From positions 248,312,001-248,376,000 of the forward strand of contig NC_086097.1 of assembly GCF_963921235.1 (NCBI RefSeq): a stretch of 64,000 bases of DNA. The letters run 5' to 3'. This stretch comes from Mobula hypostoma (taxonomy: Eukaryota). The notes under the pieces were generated by a model. The model did not search any database and had not been told where the DNA came from. It saw only the letters and a list, made by a program, of their open reading frames with translations. Below are positions 38,045 through 51,390 of the stretch, piece by piece. How positions within the stretch are numbered: the stretch's first letter is position 1; the number at the start of each line of letters is the position of its first letter. A program made the translations under genes and the position numbers.

Positions 38045-40815
38045 ACTTAAAGTCATAAAGACGAAAAAGATGGAATATGAAGGTATGCTAGCCAATAATA
38101 TTAAAGAGGATACCAAAAGTTTCCTCAGATATATAAGGAGTACAAGAGAGGCGAGAATAGATATTGGACCACTGGAAAATGATGCAGGAGAGGTAGTAAT
38201 GGGGGACAATGAAATGGCAGACAAACTGCATAAGGATTTTGCATTAGTCTTCACTGTGGAAGGCACTAACAGTATGCCGGAAGTTCAAGAGTGTCAGGGG
38301 ACAGAAGTGAGTGCAGTTGAAATTACTAGGGAGAAGGTGGTTAGAAAATTGAAAAATCTGAAGTTAGATAAGTCATCTGGACCAGATGGTGTACACCTCA
38401 GGGTTCTGATAGAGGTGGCTGGAGAGATGGTAATGATCTTTCAAGAATAACTGTATTTTGGCTTGGTTCCGGCAGACTAGAAAATTGCAAATGTCACTCC
38501 AAGAAGAGAAGGAGGCATTAAAAAAGGAAACTATAGGCCATTTAGTCTGACCTCAGTGGTTGGGAACACGTTGAAGTCAATTATTAAGGATGAGGTCTCT
38601 GGGTACTTGGCGGCACATGGTAAAATAGGCTATGGTCAGCATGGTTTCCAAAAGGGAAAATCTTGCCCAACAAATCTGTTGAAATCTTTGAGGAAATAAC
38701 AAGTAGGGTAGACAAAGGAGAATTGGTTGATGTTGTGTATGTGAATTTTCAGAAGGCCTTTGACAAGGGGCCACCCATGAAGCTGCTTAACCAGCTATGA
38801 GCACATGATATCACAGGAAAGATTCTAGCATGGATAAAGCAGTGGATGATTGGCAGGAAACAAAGAGTGGGAATAAGGTGAACCTTTTCTGGTTGGCTTC
38901 CAGTGACTAATGGTGTTCCACAGGGGTTTGTGTTGGGACCGATTCTTTTTACTTTATGTGTCAGTGATTTTAGATAAGATTAGATTAGATTCAACTTTAT
39001 TGTCATTGTGCCAAGTACAGATACAAAGCCAATGAAATGCAGTTAGCATCTAACCAGAAATGCAAAGAATAGTGTTATCTACAAAATAACTGCGAATAAA
39101 AAGTAAGTGCTACAGCACACAAATATAGAAGTACTGAGACAGTACAATATGGGTGCAACACTGCTTAGCGCTGTGATGTGAGGTTCAGCAGGGTCACAGC
39201 CTCAGGGAAGAAGCTCTTCCTGTGCCTGCTGGTGCGGGAGCGGAGGCTCCTGTAGTGCCTACTGGATGAGAGGAGAGTAAAAAGCCCATGGTTAGAGTGA
39301 GATGCATCCTTGATAATGCTTTTCGCCCTGCCCAGGCAACGTTTATGGTAGGTGTTCTCAATGGTGGGCAACTTTGTGGATGATACGAAGGTAAGTGCAG
39401 GGACAGGTAGTGTTGAGGAAGCAGGGAGGCTGCAGAAAGATTTGGACAGATAAGGAGAATGGGCAAAGAAATGGCAGGTGGGATATAATGTCAGGAGTGT
39501 CTCATCAGGAAGAGGAAGTTAGCGCCGGTGAACAACGCTACCGCAGGCAGCATCCTCCAGATGGTCCACAAAGCTGTTTCTTTCACTCCTCTTACGTCTT
39601 CTTTTTCTTTCAAATGTGGTTCTGCTGCTGCTGGAGTCAGTGATCTCCAGTTTGATGGTGTGTTTTCCGGCCGATAGAGCAATCTTGCATATTGCTCTCT
39701 CCGAGAAGCTTAGAGACCAGCGCAAGCCCATGATCAACTCTATTTCTCACTGATCTTGCTGATTAAAATGTCAAAGAAGACTGAAACATTGAGGCTAACG
39801 AGTGTTCAACATCGTCTACCAGTCTCTCACTCACCTTTGCTGGAGGAAGGTGGCTGTGTGTGACTTTCTCTTTCTCCCTCACGCTGGCTGCTCTGGAGGG
39901 AAGGCCCTTGTATTCGCGTGATCTCTCTCTCTCCCTCGATGCTGTTGAACGACGGTGATGAAGTTCTGGGTCTGTAGTTTGTGTTTGGGACTGTAGTTCC
40001 CGGTCACTCCATTCTCTGTTGCTATTTTGGGGAACTTTGAATCGGGGTGGCCTGCAGATAATGAACACTGAGCTGAACTGTATATGGGCTCCTCGATTTT
40101 GAGTTTTAAATCCTATGTTTTCACTCGTTCTTTCTTGTTGCAGTTTGCGTGATTTGTTTTATTGTGTGTAGAGGGGTGGTTGGTGTTTTTGCTTTGAATG
40201 GGTTCCATGGTTTTCTTTGTTCAGTGGCTGTGTTTGGAGAAAACGAATCAGGGTTGTATATTGCATACATACTTTAATATTAAATGTACTTGGAATCCTT
40301 AGAAAATAGTTTACCCTTTTATTTCAAAGTGGATTCCCCACAGGTTAATTTGCAGTGGTGAAGAAGGCAAATGCAATGTTAACCTTCATTTTGAGAGGAC
40401 TAGAATATAAAAGCAAAGATGTAACATTAAGGTTTTACAAGGTACTAGTAAGGCCTCACTTAGAGTATTGTGAGCAGTATTGTAAGAAAGGTGTACTGAC
40501 ATTGGAGAATGTTCAGAGGAGGTTCACGAGGATGACTCCGAGATTGAAAGGCTTATCACTGAAGAGCATTTGATGGCCCTGGGCCTATACTCACTGGAAT
40601 TCAGAAGAATGACGGGGGAAGCTCATTGAAAACTATTGAATATTGAAAAGCCTTGATAGAGCGGATGTGAAGAGCATGTTTCCTATCATGGGGGAGTCTA
40701 GGACCACAGCCTCAAAATAGAGGGGCGTAAATAAATTAGCCATGATGGAATTGTGGAGCAGACTTGATGGGCTGAAAGACCTAATTCTGTTCTTACTCTT
40801 TGTCTAATGGTCCTG
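38045..40815 (+). mobile_element. Old CR1 RT region with nested inserts (Rex/Babar 3' fragment ~38975-39370 on -, another repeat ~39490-40280)
   Basis: NNIKEDTKSFLRYI..GPDGVHLRVL, then VKKANAMLTFILRGLEYKSKD after the inserts. The insert reads RAKSIIKDASHSNHGLFTLLSSSRHYRS. Confidence 0.75.
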
Positions 40816-41412
40816 CAGTCTAAACCCTTCCCACCTCAGGGAGCTTTTTAGGGGACCACAGTGCCTTGCCTTCAGATTTTGTCTCATCAATTGTTCATGT
40901 ACTCTGGAGATACAGTGCAGGACAGGGTCTTTCAGCTGGACCACCCAGCAACCACGCCCCGACCCAACAACCCCGATTTAACCCTAACCTACTTACAAGA
41001 CAACTTGCAATGACCAATTAACCTACGACCCGGTACGTCTTTGGACTGTGGGAGGAAAATGGAGCCCCTGGGGAAACCCATGCATTGCACAGAGACTCCT
41101 TGCAGAGGATGCTGGGTTTGAACTCTGATCTGCCATCCCTCAAGCTGTAATACTGTTGCAATAAATGAAATATAAATTGTTTAATGTGCAGATACTTACA
41201 GATTTGTCATTGGGCATTCCTCCCAGCAGACACCTTGTATAAAAACTGATGGTTCACCCTCAAATGCTTGAAGTGAAGGTCTGTACTGATGGAAGGTTGA
41301 CATATGCATGGAAGGACATGATTGCATTTGGGATGTGACATTGCTCATTTTTGGCAGAGGGAGTTGCTTTTGTTCTTTAGACTAAGTAGATTGTCTACCC
41401 CTTTCTCCTTAG

Positions 41413-41463
41413 GCCCTGATGTGCTGCGGATCCTTTTTTGCTGTGCCAGAAATATCTCAACAG
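41413..41463 (+). CDS. Candidate alternative AMPH cassette exon: ALMCCGSFFAVPEISQQ
   Basis: Lies in non-repeat sequence. Branch-like actaag, acceptor ctacccctttctccttag, donor CAG|gtaaag; 51 nt, open in phase 0. No homology evidence. Confidence 0.4.
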
Positions 41464-41721
41464 GTAAAGAGCGGTGCCTTGTTTCTCTTGCATCAATAGT
41501 TCACTTTTGCCTAACTTTCAAATTGTTTTCCTTGTTTATTACCTTCATTTCAAGCTTCCACTCCTTTGATCTACATAATAACCCCACATTTATAAACACA
41601 AGAGGTTCTGCAGATGCTGGAAATCCAGAGTAAAACACACAAGATGTAGGAGGGACCTCAGCAGGCCAGGTAGCATCTATGGACAGGAATAAACCGTTGA
41701 TCTTTCAGGCCGAGACCCTTC

Positions 41722-42248
41722 AAAGTTCAAAGTAAATTTTATTATCAAAGTACATATATGTTACCATACACAACCCTGAGATTCATTTTCCTGCAGGCAT
41801 ACTCAACAAATCTATAGAATAGTAACTGTAACAAGACCAATGAAAGATCAACCAGAGTGCAAAAGACAACAAACAGTGCAAATGCAAGCATAAATAAATA
41901 GCAATAAATAACAAGAACATGAGACAACAAAATAAAAGGTCTTTAAAGTGAGCTCATTGGTTGTGGGAACATCTCAATGGATGGGCAAGTGAGTGTAGTC
42001 ATCCCCTTTTGTTCAAGAGCCTGATGCTTGAGGGGTGGCAACTGTTCTTGAACCTGGTGGTGCGAGTCCTGAGACTCTTGTACCCTCTACCTGCTGGCAG
42101 CAGTGAGAAGGGAACATGACCTGGGTGGTGGGCATCCCTGATGTTGGATGCTGCTTTCCTATGACAGCGATTCATCTGGGAGTGGTTGGGAGGGTTTTAC
42201 TCGTGATAGACTGTGCTGAATCCACTACCTGTTTTAGGATTTTGTCCT
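41722..42248 (-). mobile_element. Rex/Babar-type 3' fragment with an 8-bp TSD, inserted in a Penelope terminus
   Basis: gacccttc at 41714-41721 and 42249-42256; tail aaagttcaaagtaaatttt. Confidence 0.75.
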
Positions 42249-42999
42249 GACCCTTCGTCAGGACAATCGTCATGGGCCTCACTGTTCCATGCTCTGAAAG
42301 CAACATCTCCTTCATATACACATCATGATGCCATAAGATATTGGAGTAACTTTAGGCTATTTGGCCCATTGAGTTTGCTGTGCCATTTGATCATCCTGCC
42401 TTTAGAAGAATTCTTCTTTGGAATGTACAGTATCTATCCTGCACCTTCCAAGTTGCTCTCTGAAACTCCAGCCAATCAATTTAGACCAGCCCCTCTCTCG
42501 TGTCTCTGTAATTCCCTTCCATAGAATATTAACATTTGTACATTTTAGTGATTCAAGGTGCATAATTTGTGTGGAAGAACTATGATTGCTAACTGTCTGG
42601 ATACATGGAAAATGTTCCCTACCGAGCTGCAGAAGTGCAAACCACAGAATCCACCTTTCATCTCCATAAAACTCTTACCATTCAGCTATATCAGATATCA
42701 ACTTGATTCAGTTTCTGAGGTTCCTCTTCTCTTGGGCTGGATGTGCAGACGAATACACGGGCTTTACTAGCTGCATGCTACTCCTCCCCAGTCTGCAAAC
42801 AAGCTCAATCTAAACTCTGTAAGAAAATCTTAAGAGCACTACCAGGACTGAAACAGGCCCTTTGGTCCATCTAGGCAACGTTGAACTGTTATGCTGCCTA
42901 GTCTTATTGACCTGCACCTGGACCCACATCCAGCACTGGCAGCTTGTTTCACACCCACTCTGCCTCTGAGAGAAGAAGCCCACCTTCATGCTCCTCTTA

Positions 43000-44460
43000 A
43001 AACCTTTGACAAAGTCCCGATAGGAGGTTGGTCAAGAAGGCTCAGTCACCCGGCATTCAGGATGAGGTAGAAAATTGAATAAGACGTTGGTTTCACAGGA
43101 GACGCTAGGGGGTGATAGTAGATGGCTACCTCTTTGACTGGAGGCCTGTGACAAGTGGTGTACCACAAGTATTGGTGCTGATTCCATCGTTGTTTGTCAT
43201 CTGTAGCAGTGATCCAGATGATAACGCGGTAAACTGGATCAGCAGGTTTGTGGATGACACTAGGTGGACTGAGAGGAAGGCTACTGAAGCTTGCAGTGGG
43301 ATCTGGACCAATTGGAAAAATGTGATGAACTTAATGAGGACAAGTGTGAGGTGTTGCACTTTGGGAGGACAAACCAGGGTAGGACTTGCATGCTGAGGAG
43401 CACAGTCGAACAAAGGGATCTGGGAACACAGATTGATAATTCATTGAAAGGTAGATCGGGTTGTAATGAGAGCATTCAGCACACTGGCCGTCACAGATCA
43501 GAATACTGAGTACAGACGTTGGGATACTATGTTCAATTTGTATGAGACATTGGTGAGATCTAATTTGAGTATTGCATTCAGTTCTGGTCACCTACCTACA
43601 AGAAAGATATCAAAAAGAATAAAAGAGTGCAGAAAAAATTTACAAGGATGTTGCAGGGACATGAGGACCTGAGGTATTGGGAAAGGTTGAAAAGGTTAGG
43701 ATTTTATTCTCTAAAGCATAGGAGAATGAGGGGAGATTTGATGGAGGTATACAAATATAAGGGGTATGGATAAAGTAAACAAAAACAGGCTTTTCCATTG
43801 AGTTTGGGTGAGACTAGAACTAGGGTTAAGGATGAAAGATGAAATGTTTAAGGAGGGGGTGAGGGGAACTTCTTCAGATGGTGGTGAGAGTGTAGAATGA
43901 GCTGCCAGTGGAACTGGTGAATAAAGGTTCAATTTCTACATTTGAGAGAAGTTCAGCTAGGTACATGGAAGGGGTAGGGATGGCTATGGTCCAGGTGCAG
44001 GTCGATGGGAGTAGGCAGTTTAATAGTTTGGCACAGACTAAATGGGCTGAAGGGCCTGTTTCTGTGCTGTAGTACCCTATGACTTTAAATATTTCACTAT
44101 TCAACCTTAATCTAGGACCTCTAGTTCTTGTCTCATGAACCTCAATGGGAAAAGCCTGTTTGCATTTACCCTATCTATAGCCCTCATCATTTTACATACC
44201 TCTCTCAGCTCTTCCCTCAATCTCCTACATTCCAAGGAATAAAGTCCTAACCAATGCAATCTTTCCTTATAACTCAGGTCCTCCAGTCACGGCAACATCC
44301 TTGTAAATTTTTTGTTTCCCTGTACTCTCTCATACTTATTTACATTTTTCCTGTAGGTAGACGGCCAAAACTGCACACAGTACTCTGAATTAGGTCCCAC
44401 CAATATCTTATACAACTTCAACATAACATCCCAACTCTTGTACTCAGTATTTCGTACTCA
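43000..44460. mobile_element. Degraded CR1 fragments (+ at ~43000-44085, - at ~44105-44455)
   Basis: WRPVTSGVPQ..ISRFVDDT and DKCEVLHFGRTN motifs. Confidence 0.75.
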
Positions 44461-44739
44461 ACACAAGCAGTACAATTTGTGTCACCGCCCACCCCCCCCC
44501 ACCCCCGACAGATTATTCTATTAGTAGTCCTGGTAGAATCTTCTTTCCCCTGTTGCATGAGAACTTTCCCCAGCAAAGAATTGACCTCCCAGGCCTTCTC
44601 CATGGTCAGCCAACAATCTGCTGGAGAAATTCAGTGGGAGGAAGGGAACTGTGGACATTTCGAGCAGGTTTGCAACAGTTGCTTTCCTCTCACAGATGCT
44701 GCTCGACGTGCTGAGTTTTTTTTCCCTCTTAACTATTCT

Positions 44740-45153
44740 TTCCAGAAGTGGCTGCATGACTTTGGCTTCACTAGAAGAGAGATCAAGTCAACCAGCAGGG
44801 CTGTAGCTGAGGCAGCAGAGAAAGGATCAGCATGGGTGTGGAACAAGTATGTCCAGAGGGGCAGATAGTCAGACAGTGTATACATATCTTGCAAACCCTT
44901 CAGTAGTTGCATAGACACCTGAAGAGCAGACTATCTGTTGGATGGAAGTGACCAACATCTCTGATAGAGACAGATGCCAGGTTTTCAAGCTCACCAGTGG
45001 GAGTTGGTGCTTTAGCACTGCTGGCCCACCACCTCGAGGGAGTCTTGATCATAAGCGGGCCGAAACTCCTGAAGACAGGTGGCAGATCAACTGATGATCC
45101 CACTGGTGATAGCACAGGACAGTTAACATCTTAGTTCACGTGTGTTTTTAACT
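44740..45153 (+). mobile_element. HERO-like (restriction-like endonuclease) non-LTR element, 3' end
   Basis: QKWLHDFGFTRREIKSTSRAVAEAAEKGSAWVW plus 3' UTR; near-identical inverted copy at 56344-56846. Confidence 0.7.
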
Positions 45154-47354
45154 CTTCTCATCTCATTACCCGCCTTTCACCTCCCTCTGGATCCCCTCCT
45201 CTTTCCCTTTCTCCCATGGATCACAGTCTTCTCCCATCGGGTTCCTTTTTCTTCAGGCCTTTTGACCTTTTCCCCCCGTCACATCCCAGCTTCTTAATTC
45301 GATCCTCCCCTCCCCACATCGACACACCTTCACTCTCACCTGCTCTCACCTATCACCTTCCAGCTTGCACTCCTTCCCCACCCCCCCACCTTCTTATTAT
45401 GGCTTCTAACCCCTTCCTTTCGTGTCCCTGAAGAGGAGTCTTGGCCCAAAATTTCAACTATGTATTTCCCTCCGTAGAACCCTATTTGGGTGGCGAGGTG
45501 GAGATATGTCTCAACCAAAGGAGATATATGGTGTTCCTTCCCTCTGCAGTCTGCAGGTCACCCTCGGGCAAGGTGTAGCACTTGCTTAGCCCTCCCCCCA
45601 CCACCGCCACCCCACCAATCAGATTCACGTGAAGCCTTGGAAGCAGGTGGTGGACGGTCATACGAGCAGCTGGTGCTTATCACAAGTCCTGGTTATGTGA
45701 CCACTGACGCCAGGCAGACAATCTCTGAAGAGTATAGATAATGGCTGGGCTCACCTGTCTTGTAAAGACACTGCCCAGAAAGACCATGATCGAACACGTC
45801 ATACAACATGGCACATAATGATGACTACCCTAATGATGAGTCATGGCCTGAAATATCGACTGTTTCTTTCCCTCCATAGATGCTGCCTGACCTGCTGAGT
45901 TCCTGCAGCATTTTGTGTGAGTTGCTCAAGATTTCCAGCATCTGCAGAATCTCTTGTGTTTATAAAAGCTATGTTGTCATGTTACTGCAGTATAAAACTT
46001 TAGGCAGCATTCGGAGTATTGTAGGCAGTTCTGCTCAGCGAATTTAAGAAAGGATGAAGAAAGAGTGCAGAGGCCTAGACAGAGTGGATGTGGAGAGGAT
46101 GTTTCCTTTAGTACAAGAGCCTAGGACCAGAGGACAAGGACTACCCTTAGAACAGAGATGAGGAAGAATTTCTTTAGCCAGAGAGTGGTACATCTGTGGA
46201 ATTCATTGCCATAGTCAGCTTTGGAGGCCAAGTCCTTGGGTATATTTAAAGTGCTGGTTGATAGGTTCTTGATTAGTTAGGACATCAAAGGTTACAGGGA
46301 AAATGCAGGAGAATAGGGCTGATGGAATGGCGGAGCAGACTCAATGGGCCAAATGGCCTAATTCTTCTCCTATGTCTTATGGTCTTTTGGTTGAAGATGT
46401 TCACTGGATTGTTACCTGAGTTGGATAGTATTAGACACAAGGAGGTGATGGACAAATTTCTCTGCAACATTAGAGACCAAAGGGTGACCTATATAAAATT
46501 CTGAAAGGTATAGACAGGGTAGATAGTATTTTTGCCAGGGTTCATTCCCTATGTGCTGAATAACATGACATGGGCAATCATAGTCTTTCCATGACCATGA
46601 TTGTTCTTGACAAATTCTTCTACAGAAGTGGTTTGCCATCGCCTTCTTTACAAGACAGGTGACCTCAGCCATTATCAATACTCTTCAGAGATTGTCTGCC
46701 TGGCGTCAGTGGTCACATAACCAGGACTTGTGATCTGCACCGGCTGCTCATATGGTCATTCACCACCTGCTCCCATGGCTTCATGACACTGATTTGGGGT
46801 ACTATGCAGGTGCTACACCCTATCCATGGGTGATCTAAAGATTAGTGGGGGGAAGGAGTATCTTTCACCTCCTTCGGGGGAGGTGTAGAAATGTTGAATA
46901 CCATTTATTAAATATATATTAAGTATTGCCCATTCAGTCTCCCTCTCGTCCCTTCTTTTCTCGTGACCTGCCTATCATCTCTCCTGGATACCCTCTTCCT
47001 TCCCTTTCATGCATGGTCCACTCTCCTCTCCTATCATACTCCTTCTTCTTCAGCCATTTACCTCTTCTGCCTATCACTTCCCAGCTTCTCTCTACATGCC
47101 ACACCACCACCCACCCTCCTTCTCTCGCCTAGTTCCACCTTTCAGCTGCCAACCTGTACTCGTCCACCTCCCCACACCTTCATATTCTGGCTCCTTTCCC
47201 CTTCCTTTCCAGTCCCCTTGAACCCTTGAAGTGTTTCAGTCCAAAACGTTGAGCCCTCCATGGATGCAGCCCGACCTGCTGAGTTCCTCCAGCATTTTGT
47301 ATGTGTTGCTGTGGATTTCCAGCATCTGCAGAATCTCTTGTGCTTACGTTGTAG

Positions 47355-47955
47355 ATATAACCATATAACCGTATAACCGTATAACAATTACAGCACTGAA
47401 ACGGGCCATCTCGGCCCTTCTAGTCCATGCTGAACTCTTACTGTCACCTAGTCCCACCGAACTGCACTCAGCCCATAACCCTCCATTCCTTTCCTGTCCA
47501 TATATCTATCCAATTTAACTTTAAATGACAACATAGAACCTGCCTCAACCACTTCTGCTGGAAGCTCGTTCCACACAGCCACCACTCTCTGAGTAAAGAA
47601 GTTCCCCCTCATGTTACCCCTAAACTTTTGCCCTTTAACTCTCAACTCATGTCCTCTTGTTTGAATCTCCCCCACTCTCAATGGAAAAAGCCTATCCACG
47701 TCAACTCTATCTATCCCCCTCGTAATTTTAAACACCTCTATCAAGTCCCCCCCTCAACCTTCTATGCTCCAAAGAATAAAGACCCAACTTGTTCAACCTT
47801 TCTCTGTAACTTAGGTGATGAAACCCATTTTAGTAATTCTTCTCTGTACTCTCTCTATTTTGTTGACATCTTTCCTATAATTCGGTGACCAAGACTGTAC
47901 ACAATACTCCAGATTTGGCCTCAGCAATGCCTTGTACAATTTCAGCATTTTCATA
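47355..47955 (-). mobile_element. CR1 3' fragment
   Basis: ORFs 47448-47744 and 47811-48053; (ccatataa/ccgtataa) tail. Confidence 0.85.
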
Positions 47956-50900
47956 TTCAGGAGACTTCCTGCCAGGGTCGCCATCATCGTCATTCTGTGC
48001 TGTGTCATATGACGTGGGTGATCACGGTCTATGACCAGGATTGTTCTTGGCAAATTTTGCTATTGCTGCCTTCTGGGCAGTGCCTTTACAAGACAGCTGA
48101 CCTCAGCCATTATCAATACTCTTCAGAGATTGTCTGCCTGGTGTCATAACCATAGGCACCGGCTGCTCGTACAACCATCCACCACCTGCTTGCATGGCTT
48201 CATGTGACCTTGATCAGGTAGGGGGGGTTAAGCAGGTGCTACACCTTACCCAAGGGTGACCTGCAGGCTGGCAGAGGGAAGGAACACTTTACAGCTCCTC
48301 TCCTTTGGTAGAAACGCGTCTCCGCCCCGCTACCCCTGCCAGGGTTGTTCTGTTAAATACTGAAAGCCATAGATTTGCAGTGAGAGGGCAAAAGGTTAAA
48401 GGGGAGTGTGGGGCACATCTTTACACAGTGGTGCTCTCAAATGCCCTGTCAGGGGAGGAGTTGGACGCAGCCACAACGGTAATATTTACGAGGTGTTCAA
48501 GGCAGGCACAGAAACCGACAGAGTGCAGAGGGATACAGATCATGTGCAGGCAGATCAGATTGGCTCAGATTGGCATTGGCATTGGCACAGACATGGTGGG
48601 TGAAGGAGCTGCTTCTGCTCTGCGCCCTTCTCTTTTGGTGTTCCATGTTCAGGAGCTCCCTCTGTAAACGTTCCCACTGTTCTCTCGGCCTCTGAGATGT
48701 CCTCTAAATCAACCTCTTCCACGAAGCTTCAGGTTCAGGTTCAGCCTCAGATTCATTGAGACATGCAGCGACAGGCATCGTCCATGTTAACGACCAACAC
48801 AGCCCAAGGACGTGCTGGGGGCAGCCCACAAGTGTCACCACGCATGCCCAGAGTGATCATCTTTGGCATATGTCATGAGATCTGTTGTTTTACCACAGCA
48901 GTACATTGCAATGCAGAATAATAAAAAACTATAAATTGCAGTATGTTAAAAAGTAAGTGCAAAAAGAGATGGAAAAAAGTAGTGGGGTAATCCAACCACA
49001 AACAAGAGAGAATCTGCAGGTGCTGAAAATCCGAACAACACCCACGTGAGGGAGTGTTCATGGATTCATTGTCCAGTCAGAAATATGATGGCAGAGGGGA
49101 AGAAGCTGTTCCTGAAACTCTGATTGTGTGCCTTCAGGCTCCTGTACCTCCGCTTTGACAGCACCAATGATAAGAGGGCATGATTTGCATGATTTGGATG
49201 ATAAGTGCTGCCATTTTGAGGCATCGCCTTTTGAAGATGTCCACGATGCTGGGGAGTTTAGTGCCCATGGAGGAGCTGGCTGCGTTTACAAGTTTCTGCA
49301 GCTTTTTCTGACCCTGTGCAGTGGCCCCTCCAGACCAGACAGTGCTGCAACCAGTTGGAATGCTCTCCTCAGCTCAGCAAAACATAGCACGGCCACAACG
49401 ATCAGAACAACAGCACTAAACAACCACAGCAAATCAAGCCAGAAGATGGTGAACCTGTGGAATTCGTTGGCACAGGCGGCGGTGGAGGCCAAGTCATTGT
49501 GTATACTTAGGGCAGAAGTTGATAGGTTCTTGATTGGTCAGGCATGAAGGGTTAGGGGGAGAAGGAAATTGGGGCTGAAAGGGAAATGGATCAGCCATGA
49601 AATAGCAGAGCAGACTCAATGGGCCAAATGGCCTAATTCTGCTCCAATATCTTATAGTTAGATGGTCTAAGCCCCCTCCCTACCACCTTTTCACCCACCC
49701 ACCCACTCACACAAGCACCCATCACTTACCTCGACAGCTTAATCCACACTCTTACCACCCTCCGAGTGAAGAAATTCCCTCTCAGGTTCCCCTTAAATGT
49801 TTCACCTTGTACCCTTAACCCATAACCTCTGGTTGAAAAACCCCACTTGCATTTACCCTGTCTGTACCCCTCATTCTCTGACACTCCAGGGAATGAAATC
49901 CTAATTTATTCAGCCTTCCCTATAACTTAGGTGCTCAAGTCTTGACAGCATCCATGTAAAATTTTCTCTGCACTCTTTCAATTTTATTGACATCTTTCCT
50001 GTAAACAGGTGAACAAAACTGCACACAGTACTCCAAGTTAGGCCTCACCAATGTCTTCAACATAACCTCCCAACTCCTGTGCTTAGTACTTTGATTTGTG
50101 AAGGCTAATGTGTCAAAAACTTTCTTTATGACCCATTCGAGCTTTTTCTGTATCCTTTTTCTCTGTACTCTTTCAATCTTGTTGATGACTAACTGGCAAG
50201 TTTTCTCACCGCATTCATTTGCCTCCCATGGCGAACAGCTCTTGTGCTTGTCATCGACAATCAATCTAAAACAGCATTCTCCATAATAGAACGTCATTGT
50301 TTCCGTGGTGTTGCAGTGGAGAGGCGATCTTTCTCATAAATATCGGATATTATTGTTCTCATTAACATCCCGTCGCTTATATTTTCAATCCCCACCCTGG
50401 ATAGTTTCATTAACTCTTAAAAAGGGTCTTCATTTCTCAGTATCAAATGTTCAGAGCAAAGGCTGTTCAGGCTGACAACTATCGGGGAATTTATAGCAAA
50501 TGAAGATTGGGGTATGTATTCATTTAACACACACAAAATGCAGGAGGAACTTAACAGGTCAGGCAGCGTCTATGGAGGTGAATAAACAGTTTCTAGCTGA
50601 GGTCCTACAACTGGACTTAGATCTCAGCTTGAAACGCCGACTGTTTTTTCCCCTCCGTAGATGCTGCCTGACCTGCTGAGATCCACCAGCACTTTGTGTG
50701 TTGCTCAAGAACTTCAGCATCTGCAGAATCTCTTGAACACATTTACTGAAGAAAGAATATTATAGCACAGTACAGCCCTTTCGTCCCATGAAGTTGTGGG
50801 CCCTAAAATCAATCTAATCCTTCCTACCTACATAGCCTTCCAGTTTTCCAATATCCACGTGTCTATCTAAGAGTTTTGTAATGTTCCTAATGTATCTGCC

Positions 50901-51390
50901 TCTACCATCACCCTGGTATGGCATTCCACACTCTGTGCAAAGAACTTTTCTCTGACATTCTCCCTATGCTTTCCTCCTATCACCTTAAAATTATGCCCCC
51001 TTGTTATAGCCTTGAGAATAAGTATCTGGCTATCTACTCTGTCTATGCCTCTTATCATCTTGTACATCTTGATCAAGTCACCTCTCACCCTCTTTCACTC
51101 TAGAGAGAAAAATATTCATTCATCTGTGGATGCAAATTAAGTTCGAGCAGGAGTAGGTTATAATACTGCCACTCTGCTCTGCAACTAGACAGTGACGGAT
51201 CCTGTATCTCAAGTCCACTATTTTCCCATCCTCATAGCTTCTGATTGCCTCACTCTACAGAAATCTGCCAATCACCTTTTTTTTATCATCCACAACCCCC
51301 GAGATAAAGAAATTCATCTAAAGATTAGCTTTATTTGTCACATCTCCATGGAAATATCGAAACAGTGAAATGCACCGTTTGTGTCATTGA

